DNA of 64,000 nt from Chthonomonas sp. UBA2785 (GTDB lineage Bacteria; Armatimonadota; Fimbriimonadia; Fimbriimonadales; Fimbriimonadaceae): the NCBI GenBank assembly GCA_002352215.1, contig DEIB01000038.1:178506-242505 (forward strand), written 5' to 3'. The translations under genes were made by a program, and so were the position numbers. Under the pieces are notes generated by a model that ran no database searches, had not been told where the DNA came from, and was given only the letters and a program-made list of their open reading frames with translations. Each line of letters starts with the position of its first letter. Position 1 is the stretch's first letter. Shown piece by piece: positions 27,239 through 35,642 of the stretch.

Positions 27239-27911
27239 GAAGGACCTCCACTCATTTGACGCATTGAACGCTGATATTGTGGCGTGTCGGGCCTGCCCAC
27301 GCTTGGTGGAGTGGCGAGAAACCGTGGCCCAGGTGAAGCGGCGGGCCTACAAGGACGAAACCTATTGGGGGCGGCCGGTGCCCAACTTCGGTGACCCCGA
27401 GGCCACCGGACTCATCGTCGGCCTGGCTCCGGCGGCCCACGGCGCGAACCGCACGGGGCGGATGTTTACCGGCGACCGCAGCGGCGATTGGCTTTACCGG
27501 GCGATGCACCGGGCCGGTTTGGCCTCGCAACCTCATTCAACGCACGCCAACGATGGGCTGCAACTTCACGGCGTGATGATTACGGCCATGAACCACTGTG
27601 CCCCGCCCGCGAACAAACCCACGCCCGAGGAGATGCGCACCTGCCACCCCTTTATGCTTCAAACGCTGGCCTTGCGGCCGTGGCACGCTATCCTGTGCCT
27701 GGGTTCCCTGGCCTGGGAGAGCACCTGGCGCACCCTGGGCGCGCGTCCGCCGGTCAAATTTGGGCATGGCGCGCACGCCCCGCACGGCGAGCTCACCGTG
27801 CTGGCCAGCTACCACCCCAGCCAGCAGAACACGCAAACCGGCACCCTCACCGAGCCGATGCTCGATGAGGTGATGAAGGAATTTGCCCGCCTGGTGAGCC
27901 GAGCTGACTAG
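27237..27911 (+). CDS. uracil-DNA glycosylase superfamily protein, family-5-like (4Fe-4S type)
   Basis: [26 protein letters not shown] and SYHPSQQN, plus four Cys positioned for an Fe-S cluster. The start is uncertain: ATG at 27237, or TTG at 27264, or GTG at 27279. Confidence 0.85.
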   Translation: MKDLHSFDALNADIVACRACPRLVEWRETVAQVKRRAYKDETYWGRPVPNFGDPEATGLIVGLAPAAHGANRTGRMFTGDRSGDWLYRAMHRAGLASQPHSTHANDGLQLHGVMITAMNHCAPPANKPTPEEMRTCHPFMLQTLALRPWHAILCLGSLAWESTWRTLGARPPVKFGHGAHAPHGELTVLASYHPSQQNTQTGTLTEPMLDEVMKEFARLVSRAD

Positions 27912-29101
27912 AGCGTCTGGTTGACCAGCAGTTCGCGCTTGAAGGTCAAACGCTGGAGCGAACCGCCCCGGGAGAGGTCCACCAAGACCTCGCTTCCCGG
28001 TTCCCCTCGGAGCAGGTCGTTGATCTGTCGCCAGCCCAGGGTGGAGACATCGCGGCCGTTGATGCCGATGACTTGATCGCCCCGCTTCACGCCCATACGC
28101 TCGGCCGGCGAGTTCGGGATCACGTTCCAAATCACGATCCGCTTGGCGTTGCGGTCGTAGTACGACATCATCCCCACGTCACCTTCCTGCTCATCCGCCG
28201 TCTTGCCGCTGAAGTTCTCCAACCACACGTGGCGGCGCGGGATGTCCACAATCACGTTGAAGTTCTTGAGGAACCCGTAGCCCACGGTGCCGTCGCTTTC
28301 GGCGGAGCTGCTGGGCAGGTCGATGATGTTCCACACGCTCTGCTCCACCGGCACGCCGAAGATCGTGAGGTCCTTCATCATGATGTCCCAGCTGGCCACG
28401 GGGCCACTGGCCACGAAGCTAAACCGCTGGAACGAGGGCGTGGTGCCGGGTTGCCAGAGCTTGATGCGCTCCAGAACGTCCTTGTGCGTGGTGGCATAGA
28501 ACCCGTTGCCGGTGTCGAGGGCCAGGTTCATACGCTCGCCGTTGCCCGTCTCCACTCGCAGTTCAATCGAATCATTGCCCGCAGGCAACATCTTCACCAA
28601 AAAGGTCTTCTTGTTGTCCGGCGTCTTAGTGCGGATGTCGAACGACTTGGGATAGAACACAAACTCCTTGCGCTCAAAGTTGATCTCCATCGGCCCCTGG
28701 GTGAACGGCGCCAAGCCCAGGATGCCGTCGCAGCGCATGCCGTACGACTCGGTGTAGTCCCCGCCCATCTGCACGATCTCCCCGTCCGGCGGGCTGAGCT
28801 TCTCCGCGCCCAGTTCCAGCAGGTTCAGCTTCACCGTTTTGGCCTGGAACTGCCCCACAAAGTCGCGGAGCGTCATGGTGCCGCTCGCCGGGCCGACGTT
28901 CACGTGCTCGCCGAGCTTGATATGCCCAGAGAAGCCGGAGTCAAACATGAGAGCGACCGGGCGGCCGTTGACTTTGGCGTCCACGATAATGGCGCTGTCG
29001 GCAGTACGGAAAGGAACCCGGATGGGAGCGGTCTGCGCGTTGATGCCCGAGGGGCTGGACGCAGATCCGGCCGAGGCGAGAAGAATTCCGAGGGAGAGCA
29101 T
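27908..29101 (-). CDS. secreted bilobed retropepsin-like aspartic protease with C-terminal PDZ domain
   Basis: Two D-S/T-G motifs ([10 protein letters not shown] and [10 protein letters not shown]) lie about 150 aa apart. The C-terminal PDZ-like segment is [26 protein letters not shown]. Confidence 0.75.
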   Translation of the reverse strand: MLSLGILLASAGSASSPSGINAQTAPIRVPFRTADSAIIVDAKVNGRPVALMFDSGFSGHIKLGEHVNVGPASGTMTLRDFVGQFQAKTVKLNLLELGAEKLSPPDGEIVQMGGDYTESYGMRCDGILGLAPFTQGPMEINFERKEFVFYPKSFDIRTKTPDNKKTFLVKMLPAGNDSIELRVETGNGERMNLALDTGNGFYATTHKDVLERIKLWQPGTTPSFQRFSFVASGPVASWDIMMKDLTIFGVPVEQSVWNIIDLPSSSAESDGTVGYGFLKNFNVIVDIPRRHVWLENFSGKTADEQEGDVGMMSYYDRNAKRIVIWNVIPNSPAERMGVKRGDQVIGINGRDVSTLGWRQINDLLRGEPGSEVLVDLSRGGSLQRLTFKRELLVNQTL

Positions 29102-29132
29102 GGTGGTTTAGACGAGCGGGGTCCCCTTACGG

Positions 29133-29161
29133 TTGCCAGGGACGCTTGGTTTCTGTATACT
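29133..29161 (+). promoter_or_regulatory. sigma70-like promoter for the liv-type operon
   Basis: TTGCCA, a 17-nt spacer, then TATACT. It ends 54 nt upstream of the substrate-binding protein start. Confidence 0.5.
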
Positions 29162-29215
29162 CCATCGGCACAGCTGAGGGTTTCCTTAGCTCGCAACGTA
29201 AGGTTGGGCATTGTC

Positions 29216-30541
29216 ATGACGCATACAACGCAAAAATGGTCCCTCGGGTTTGTGGCGGCTTTCGCCGCTGTAGCCCTGTCTGCTTGCAACTCGAGCACTC
29301 CGGCCCCCACCGATGGCGGCACGACTCCCTCCGGTGGCGGCACCACCGAAGGCGGCACGACGACTTCGGCCCGACCGGCCCCCTCCAAGGCTCCGTTCAC
29401 CGTGAAGGAAGGCGAAGTCATCCGCATCGGCCTCGTTGCCAGCCGCCAAGGCGAACTTCGACCCTGGGGTGAAGACAGCAGCAACGGCGCGGCCCTGGCC
29501 ATGGCCGAACTGGCCGCCGACACCGCCGACGGTGACCCCAACAAGCTGATCATCGAAGGTCACGAGATTCAACTCGTGGTGCAAGACAGCAACAGCGACC
29601 CGGTGCAAGGCAAGAACGCGGCCGAGCAACTCGTGAACCAGGGCGTCATCGGCCTGATCGGTGAAGTCGCCAGCGGCATCACCGCCACCATTTCGGACGT
29701 CGCCTTCAGCAACAGCCTTCCGCTGGTTGCCGTGGGTGCCACCCGCACCGACCTGAGCGCCAAGGGCAGCCACTTCTTCCGCGTGTGCTACACGGACGCC
29801 CTGCAAGGCCCCGTGATGGCGAAGTTCGCCTACGAAGACCTCGGCCTGCGCAAGATGGCCATGTTCACCGACAAGGCGCAGCCGTACTCCACGGGTCTCA
29901 GCGAAAGCTTCTCCGCGAAGTTCAAGGAACTGGGCGGCGAAATCGTGGACGAGCAGTTCTACCAAACCAAGGACACGCAATTTGCCGGTCCGATTGCCAA
30001 CACCAAGGCCAAGAACCCGGACGGCATCTTCCTGAGCGGCTACTTCAACGAAGTCGGCCCCTTGGCCCGCCAAATCCGCGAAGCCGGCATGACCACGCAG
30101 CCCCTGCTGGGTGGCGACGGCTGGGATAGCGACCAACTGCTGACGAGCGGCGGCGACGCCATCGTGGGTGGTTACTTCTGCAACCACTACAACAGCCTGG
30201 AAGACCGACCGGAAGTCAAGACGTTCCTCGACGCTTGGAAGAAGAAGTACAACGCCAACCCGGGTACCACCATGGGCGCCCTTGGCTACGACTCGACCAA
30301 GCTGATGGTGGACGCGGTGAAGCGCGCGATCATGGAAGCCAAGGCGGCCAACAAGCCGGTGGATTCGATGATGGTCATCAACGCTCTGGAGAACACGGAG
30401 AACTTCCCCGGCGTCAGTGGCGCGATCACGCTCAAGGGCCGCAATGGCGACCCCGCCAAGCGCGCGCTGGTGGTTGAAGTCACGAAGGAAGGCCAAAAGT
30501 TCGCCAAGGCGTTCGAAGCCGACGCCGTGATGGCCAAGTAA
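29216..30541 (+). CDS. ABC transporter substrate-binding lipoprotein (LivJ/branched-chain amino acid type)
   Basis: Starts MTHTTQKWSLGFVAAFAAVALSAC (lipobox) within track ORF 28073..30541. The type-I periplasmic binding fold sequence (IGLIGEVASG, FRVCYTD, GDGWDS) is followed by the permease genes. Confidence 0.85.
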   Translation: MTHTTQKWSLGFVAAFAAVALSACNSSTPAPTDGGTTPSGGGTTEGGTTTSARPAPSKAPFTVKEGEVIRIGLVASRQGELRPWGEDSSNGAALAMAELAADTADGDPNKLIIEGHEIQLVVQDSNSDPVQGKNAAEQLVNQGVIGLIGEVASGITATISDVAFSNSLPLVAVGATRTDLSAKGSHFFRVCYTDALQGPVMAKFAYEDLGLRKMAMFTDKAQPYSTGLSESFSAKFKELGGEIVDEQFYQTKDTQFAGPIANTKAKNPDGIFLSGYFNEVGPLARQIREAGMTTQPLLGGDGWDSDQLLTSGGDAIVGGYFCNHYNSLEDRPEVKTFLDAWKKKYNANPGTTMGALGYDSTKLMVDAVKRAIMEAKAANKPVDSMMVINALENTENFPGVSGAITLKGRNGDPAKRALVVEVTKEGQKFAKAFEADAVMAK

Positions 30542-30548
30542 CCGCCGA

Positions 30549-31730
30549 ATGATGAGCGGCCTCCCGCTGTGGGCAGATCTGAGTTTCTCAGTTCTGCCCC
30601 AGCAGCTAGTGAACGGACTCTTGCTCGGGGCAATTTACGCCCTGATCGCGCTGGGCTACACCATGGTGTACGGGGTACTCCGGCTGATCAACTTCGCCCA
30701 CGGTGAAGTGTATATGCTGGGTGGCTACGTCGCCCTGTTCATCTCGTGGCAGTTCGGCTTCACGCAAGATGCGTTGATGCAGAACTCCACCCGAGAAGGG
30801 TCATTGCTTCTCCTCGGTCTCATGCTGATTGCCAGCATGTTGATCTGCGGCTTTATTGGGCTGCTCATCGAATTCTTAGCCTATCGCCCGATGCGGAACC
30901 AACCCCGCATCGCGGCCCTCATTACGGCCATCGGGGTTTCTTTGCTCTTGCAATACGCTGGGGCGCTTTTCCTCCCGAATTCTCCGCCGCCCTCGATCTC
31001 CGAAAAGGTGAATCCCTACCGTGGCGAGTGGCGCATCACTCTGAGCCAGCCCAGCGGCGAATCCGTGGCCGCGCTTGCGGCCGCCAAAGCCACGCTTGAC
31101 CAGCGCACCCGCGAGTTCGATGAACAGATTAAGCAGGAGCGGAGCAAGTTCGACCTCAGTCCGGCCGGCGTGGCCATCCGCGACCAGAAGAACCAGGCCG
31201 ACCAAGAGTTCAACCGAGCGCAGACTATCGTCAACGGTCAGAAGAGCGAAATCGTATTGCCGCGCGGCCAGGTGGTGATGTTCATCACTTCCATCCTGCT
31301 GATGCTTGGCCTCAACTTGCTGGTCAACTTCACCAAAATGGGGCGCGCCATGCGGGCGGCCAGCCACGACTTTGACACCGCCTCTCTCATGGGGATAAAC
31401 GTCAACAAGGTCGTTACCCTCACCTTCTTCATCGGCTCTGCGCTGGCTGGCGCGGGCGCGATGATGAACACCACGTTCCTCGGTACCCCAATGACCACTT
31501 TCTCCGGTGTGCAACCGGGCGTCAAGGCGTTCGTCGCCGCCGTTCTTGGCGGCATTGGCAGCATTCCCGGCGCGGTGCTGGGTGGCCTGCTGATGGGTAT
31601 GGCCGAAACCCTCGTGGTGTGGCTGGGTTATGGCTCGTACCGCGATGCGGTGGCCTTCGTCATCCTCATTCTCGTTTTGCTGTTCCGCCCCGGCGGAATC
31701 ATGGGTTCAGCCGCGGTGGAGAAGGTCTAA
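30549..31730 (+). CDS. livH: branched-chain amino acid ABC permease (LivH-type) with large internal insertion
   Basis: N-terminal QQLVNGLLLGAIYALIALGYTMVYGVLRLINFAHGE and C-terminal AAVLGGIGSIPGAVLGG are typical of LivH. At 393 aa it is larger than usual because of an insertion of roughly 90 aa rich in charged and helical residues. Confidence 0.85.
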   Translation: MMSGLPLWADLSFSVLPQQLVNGLLLGAIYALIALGYTMVYGVLRLINFAHGEVYMLGGYVALFISWQFGFTQDALMQNSTREGSLLLLGLMLIASMLICGFIGLLIEFLAYRPMRNQPRIAALITAIGVSLLLQYAGALFLPNSPPPSISEKVNPYRGEWRITLSQPSGESVAALAAAKATLDQRTREFDEQIKQERSKFDLSPAGVAIRDQKNQADQEFNRAQTIVNGQKSEIVLPRGQVVMFITSILLMLGLNLLVNFTKMGRAMRAASHDFDTASLMGINVNKVVTLTFFIGSALAGAGAMMNTTFLGTPMTTFSGVQPGVKAFVAAVLGGIGSIPGAVLGGLLMGMAETLVVWLGYGSYRDAVAFVILILVLLFRPGGIMGSAAVEKV

Positions 31731-32945
31731 ATGACGGGCATTTCCAATTCGTTCTGGCCGGTGCGCCTTGCCTCCGTCGTGGGGGTGGTGGCCCTTTGCT
31801 TTGCCCTGGACCGCGTGGTGCTGGCCGCAGCCCCCGCGCAGTACCGGCTGCTCATCCTGGCTTCCCTCTTCGTGATCCTCGCGGTCAGCCTCAACCTCAT
31901 CAACGGGATTACCGGGCAGTTCTCCATCGGCCACGCGGCCTTTGCGATGATCGGCGCTTACACGGCGGGCACCCTTAGCAAGAATCCCACTTTCGCCAAT
32001 ATGCCGCCGGCCCAGCTCTTGGCGGTAATGACTTTGATCGGGGCGCTAACGGCGGCGACGTTTGGGTTCATCGTTGGCTTGCCTTCCCTGCGCTTGCGGG
32101 GTGACTATCTGGCCATTGTCACGCTTGGTTTCGGCGAAATCATCCGCATCGTCACCAATGCCACCGAATCTCTCGGCGGCTCGTACGGCATGCCGGTAGC
32201 CCCTAAGGTTCAACTTTTGTGGTGGTCACTCCTGATGATGGCCGTCTGCATTGCACTTTGCCGCAATCTGCTAAAGACCACCCACGGTCTCACCTTCCTC
32301 GCCGTGCGCGAAGATGAAGTGGCGGGCCTGGCCATGGGCGTCAACGTGACCATGACCAAGGTAGTGGCATTCGTCATCGGCGCGGCCTTTGCGGGGGCGG
32401 CAGGGGCGATTCTTGCCCACACCGAGGCCTTCATCAGCCCGCGCACGTTCCCCATGGAAATGAGCTTCATCATTCTCACCATGGTGGTGCTCGGTGGCAC
32501 TGGTTCCATCACGGGATCGGCATTGGCGGCCGTGGTATTGTTCGCGATTCCCGAATACCTGCGCACCCTCACCGACGCGCAAGGCAAGGCGTACGAAATG
32601 AACGCGGGCCTCTTCATGGGAGTCCTCATTGGCATCATGATCGCCGTGGCGGCCAGCAAGTGGATCCAAACCAACGTCCACGAAAAGGGCAAGAAGCTGG
32701 GCTTCTATGCCGGTGCGTGGTTGGCAGTGATCCCGCTGGGCTTCCTGTTCCAGACCATTCTGCACCTCTCGCCCACGCTCAAGCAGTTGTCGTTTGGGAT
32801 CGATATCCTGCGCTACGCCGTCTTTGCGGTCGTGCTCATCGCGCTCATGTTGCTGCGGCCCCAGGGCATCTTTGGCCACCACGAGATTGGTTGGCATTGG
32901 TTCCGCAAGCGGCCCGCAGGCGCCACGGAAGGAGGGGCTGCGTGA
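31731..32945 (+). CDS. livM: branched-chain amino acid ABC permease (LivM-type)
   Basis: Contains LNLINGITGQFSIGHAAF and LRGDYLAIVTLGFGEIIR. Its start abuts the livH stop. Confidence 0.88.
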   Translation: MTGISNSFWPVRLASVVGVVALCFALDRVVLAAAPAQYRLLILASLFVILAVSLNLINGITGQFSIGHAAFAMIGAYTAGTLSKNPTFANMPPAQLLAVMTLIGALTAATFGFIVGLPSLRLRGDYLAIVTLGFGEIIRIVTNATESLGGSYGMPVAPKVQLLWWSLLMMAVCIALCRNLLKTTHGLTFLAVREDEVAGLAMGVNVTMTKVVAFVIGAAFAGAAGAILAHTEAFISPRTFPMEMSFIILTMVVLGGTGSITGSALAAVVLFAIPEYLRTLTDAQGKAYEMNAGLFMGVLIGIMIAVAASKWIQTNVHEKGKKLGFYAGAWLAVIPLGFLFQTILHLSPTLKQLSFGIDILRYAVFAVVLIALMLLRPQGIFGHHEIGWHWFRKRPAGATEGGAA

Positions 32946-33718
32946 GCGAAGCGCAACCGATCCTGCGGCTGGACGAAGCGACGATCAAGTTCGGCGGCCT
33001 CACGGCTGTGAACAAGGTCTCCTTTGAACTCAATCGCGGCGACATCTTCGGCCTCATCGGCCCCAACGGCGCCGGAAAGACCACGTGCTTTAACCTCATT
33101 ACCGGGGTCTACAAGCCGACCAGCGGGGAGATCTACTTCCAAGGTCAGCCCATTGGCGGCCTCGCTCCCAACAAGATCGCCACACGTGGGATCTGCCGCA
33201 CCTTCCAGAACATTCGTCTCTTTAGCGCGCTCAGCAGCGTAGAGAACGTGATGATTGGGGCGCACTTGCGCCACAAGGTGCCCCTGGTGGGGGCCTTGAT
33301 GCTCTCCGCCAAGTCGGTGGCCGAAACCAGCGCCCTGCGCGAGCACGCCATGCATTTGCTGGAACTGGTGAACCTGGCGGACTACGCCAACCACCGCAGT
33401 GCCGATATGAGCTACGGCAAGCAGCGCCGGCTAGAAATTGCCCGCGCCCTCGCCACCGACCCGGAACTCATCCTGCTGGACGAGCCCGCGGCCGGGATGA
33501 ACCCTCAAGAAAAGGAAGAGCTGCTCTACACGGTGCGCCGGATCCGGGATGAACTGAACAAGACGGTCTTGGTTATCGAGCACGATATGCGCTTCGTGAT
33601 GGGCCTGTGCGAGCGGATTGTGGTGCTGGACCACGGCGAAGAAATCGCGCAAGGACCGCCCGACGCCATTCGAAACAACCCGAAAGTCATTGAGGCTTAT
33701 CTGGGTGAGCCCGCTTAA
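32942..33718 (+). CDS. livG: ABC transporter ATP-binding protein (LivG-type)
   Basis: The GTG at 32942 overlaps the livM stop. Walker A GPNGAGKTT, signature MSYGKQRRLE, Walker B LILLDEPAAG, and a LivG-type C-terminus NPKVIEAYLG. Confidence 0.9.
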   Translation: MSEAQPILRLDEATIKFGGLTAVNKVSFELNRGDIFGLIGPNGAGKTTCFNLITGVYKPTSGEIYFQGQPIGGLAPNKIATRGICRTFQNIRLFSALSSVENVMIGAHLRHKVPLVGALMLSAKSVAETSALREHAMHLLELVNLADYANHRSADMSYGKQRRLEIARALATDPELILLDEPAAGMNPQEKEELLYTVRRIRDELNKTVLVIEHDMRFVMGLCERIVVLDHGEEIAQGPPDAIRNNPKVIEAYLGEPA

Positions 33719-34721
33719 GCTGACTCCTCTCGCATTGTGCGCGGTGGTCTTGGCCACCGCCTGCACAACGCCGGTAAAGACTTCGCCGCGCCTCAAAGAG
33801 TCCGGGTTTTCCGCCGCCGAGATCGAAGTCGCACCGGATTTGGAGAAGAAGTTCGTTCAAGCCCAGAACCGCATGGCCATCCAGACCTTGGCCGCGTTGG
33901 TGAAGGCGCAAAGCGAACCTGCCCCCCTGATGGTAGCGCACGATTCCGCCCTGCGGGTGCTGGGAGCCCTGCTGCGCGCCTCCGACGGGCCAACCTACAC
34001 CAAGCTCTCACAATGCCTCCTCATCCCGGAGAAGGACGACCTGACGTACCATGTGGTTTTGCGCCGCCGTCTGGCCGCCCTGAATCATCTCGACAACTAC
34101 CAACACGGGGCGGGTATCTGGATGGTGTGGCCCGTTTCGCCGAATAGCGGGTACGTCAACGAGATGAACAAGTATCTCGAGGTGGATGTTTACCGGCTCG
34201 GCAGCGCTCGGATCGGTGCGCGAAAGGAACTGGATCGCTGGGCCAAAGTGAGGGATGAAGCCTTCCCGAGCCCCTTTGCCAGCTTGGGGGCGCAAGATGC
34301 CATCATCGCGGCGTCTCTGGCGCGGGTTCAGGTGGGAGAAGCCAAGTCAACATCGAATCCAGAAATCGGGGTGGCCGAAGGCGGGCCGGACCTGCAATGG
34401 GTGTTCTCGCGCATGCCGCTCGATGACCCCACCGCATTGCCCACCGGTACGGAGACAAGCTACGCCGTCCCTTGGCCTGAAGACACGGCCATCCTAACTG
34501 ACCTCGAACAGAACTACAAGGCACTGGGATGGGATTTCCTTTTGGGCGCGAACGATTTCCGGGGTATCAACCAAGAGTTGAACCGCAACAGTTCGCTTGA
34601 TGGTTTCAAAAGCGTGGTGGTTGGGGATTGGCAGTTAAGCACCGGACCCCGTACATTTGCTTACTTGATTCACAAGCCAACCCGGGCCATCATCGTTACG
34701 GCTTATCTTCCCGCTCGGTAG
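33705..34721 (+). CDS. serpin-fold-like lipoprotein, probably non-inhibitory
   Basis: The GTG at 33705 gives VSPLKLTPLALCAVVLATAC (lipobox). It shows serpin-like landmarks (NRMAIQTLAAL...LMVAHDSALRVLGALLRASDGPTYTKL; ELDRWAKVRD; C-terminal RTFAYLIHKPTRAIIVTAYLP). It is shorter than a serpin and has no recognisable EEGTEAAA hinge. Confidence 0.45.
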   Translation: MSPLKLTPLALCAVVLATACTTPVKTSPRLKESGFSAAEIEVAPDLEKKFVQAQNRMAIQTLAALVKAQSEPAPLMVAHDSALRVLGALLRASDGPTYTKLSQCLLIPEKDDLTYHVVLRRRLAALNHLDNYQHGAGIWMVWPVSPNSGYVNEMNKYLEVDVYRLGSARIGARKELDRWAKVRDEAFPSPFASLGAQDAIIAASLARVQVGEAKSTSNPEIGVAEGGPDLQWVFSRMPLDDPTALPTGTETSYAVPWPEDTAILTDLEQNYKALGWDFLLGANDFRGINQELNRNSSLDGFKSVVVGDWQLSTGPRTFAYLIHKPTRAIIVTAYLPAR

Positions 34722-34866
34722 CCATTGATCGCACCCAAGCGAACATACTAGACTTACTCCGTATTGTTACGGGTTTCCTCCACCGTAAGTTCAAGATCAC
34801 TCCCCTAGCGCCCTTTCCATTGGCATAATTTGTGCGTCTCAGTTGTTGCAACCGGGAGTCACTATC

Positions 34867-35502
34867 ATGAAACTCAATCGAGTCTTTGGCGCGGGCATTC
34901 TCGTGGCGGTCGCCGCGTTTGCACAAGCCGACACTTTAAAGTTCAAGGGCCTTGATGCCAACAAGAGCCAAAACGTCACCATCAAGTACGATGGCGCCAG
35001 CCTTACGGTGGGTGCGGGCCTCGCTCGTCTCTCGCTCAACGGCGGCCCGGACCACTTCGGTCTGTGTGTCGACCTCGACCACTGGAACACCAATGGTCTG
35101 ACCTACGACGTCAACGTCAAGCCGATCGCCCAGCAAGGCCCCAATGCCACGCGCGCTGCCTACCTGCTCAACACGTTCTCTTCGACCGTGACCAGCAAGG
35201 CCCAGGGTGCCGCCCTGCAGCTCGCCGTGTGGGACGTGATCTACGACAACGGTGACGGCTTCTCCAAGGGTCGCTTCCGCACCAGCAGCGTCTCCACCGA
35301 CGCCCTGCTGACGGCCAACACCTACCTCCAGCAGTCCGTGAGCCAAACGAGCGCGGCCGCTGTGTGGTACGAAGCCAAGAATCACGGCAAGTACAACAAG
35401 AGCAACCAGGACTTCATGGCCGCCGCCGTTCCGGAACCGGCCAGCATGATTGCCCTCGGGGCGGGCCTCCTCGCCCTCGCTCGACGACGCCGCCGCGCCT
35501 AA
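34867..35502 (+). CDS. PEP-CTERM-anchored surface protein
   Basis: Signal peptide MKLNRVFGAGILVAVAAFAQA. The C-terminal VPEPASMIALGAGLLALARRRRRA is a canonical PEP-CTERM sorting signal. Confidence 0.85.
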   Translation: MKLNRVFGAGILVAVAAFAQADTLKFKGLDANKSQNVTIKYDGASLTVGAGLARLSLNGGPDHFGLCVDLDHWNTNGLTYDVNVKPIAQQGPNATRAAYLLNTFSSTVTSKAQGAALQLAVWDVIYDNGDGFSKGRFRTSSVSTDALLTANTYLQQSVSQTSAAAVWYEAKNHGKYNKSNQDFMAAAVPEPASMIALGAGLLALARRRRRA

Positions 35503-35523
35503 GCCTGGCTTGTCCCCGACTCG

Positions 35524-35565
35524 ACGCCCGAAGGTTCCGTAACGAACCCTCGGGCGTTTTCTTTC
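35524..35565 (+). terminator. rho-independent terminator
   Basis: CGCCCGAAGG-loop-CCCTCGGGCG followed by TTTTCTTT, 22 nt after the PEP-CTERM gene stop. Confidence 0.75.
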
Positions 35566-35606
35566 GTCAAAGCCTCCAAGCCAAGGTGAACATCCAACCT
35601 TTTGGC

Positions 35607-35629
35607 GTGATATATCAGTAAAATATCAC
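35607..35629. promoter_or_regulatory. AT-rich inverted repeat, candidate operator/-10 region of the ArsR-B12 gene
   Basis: GTGATAT-N9-ATATCAC, with a nested TGATATATCA palindrome. It ends 13 nt upstream of the 35643 start and is conspicuously AT-rich in a GC-rich genome. Confidence 0.45.
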
Positions 35630-35642
35630 TGGAGCATATCGA

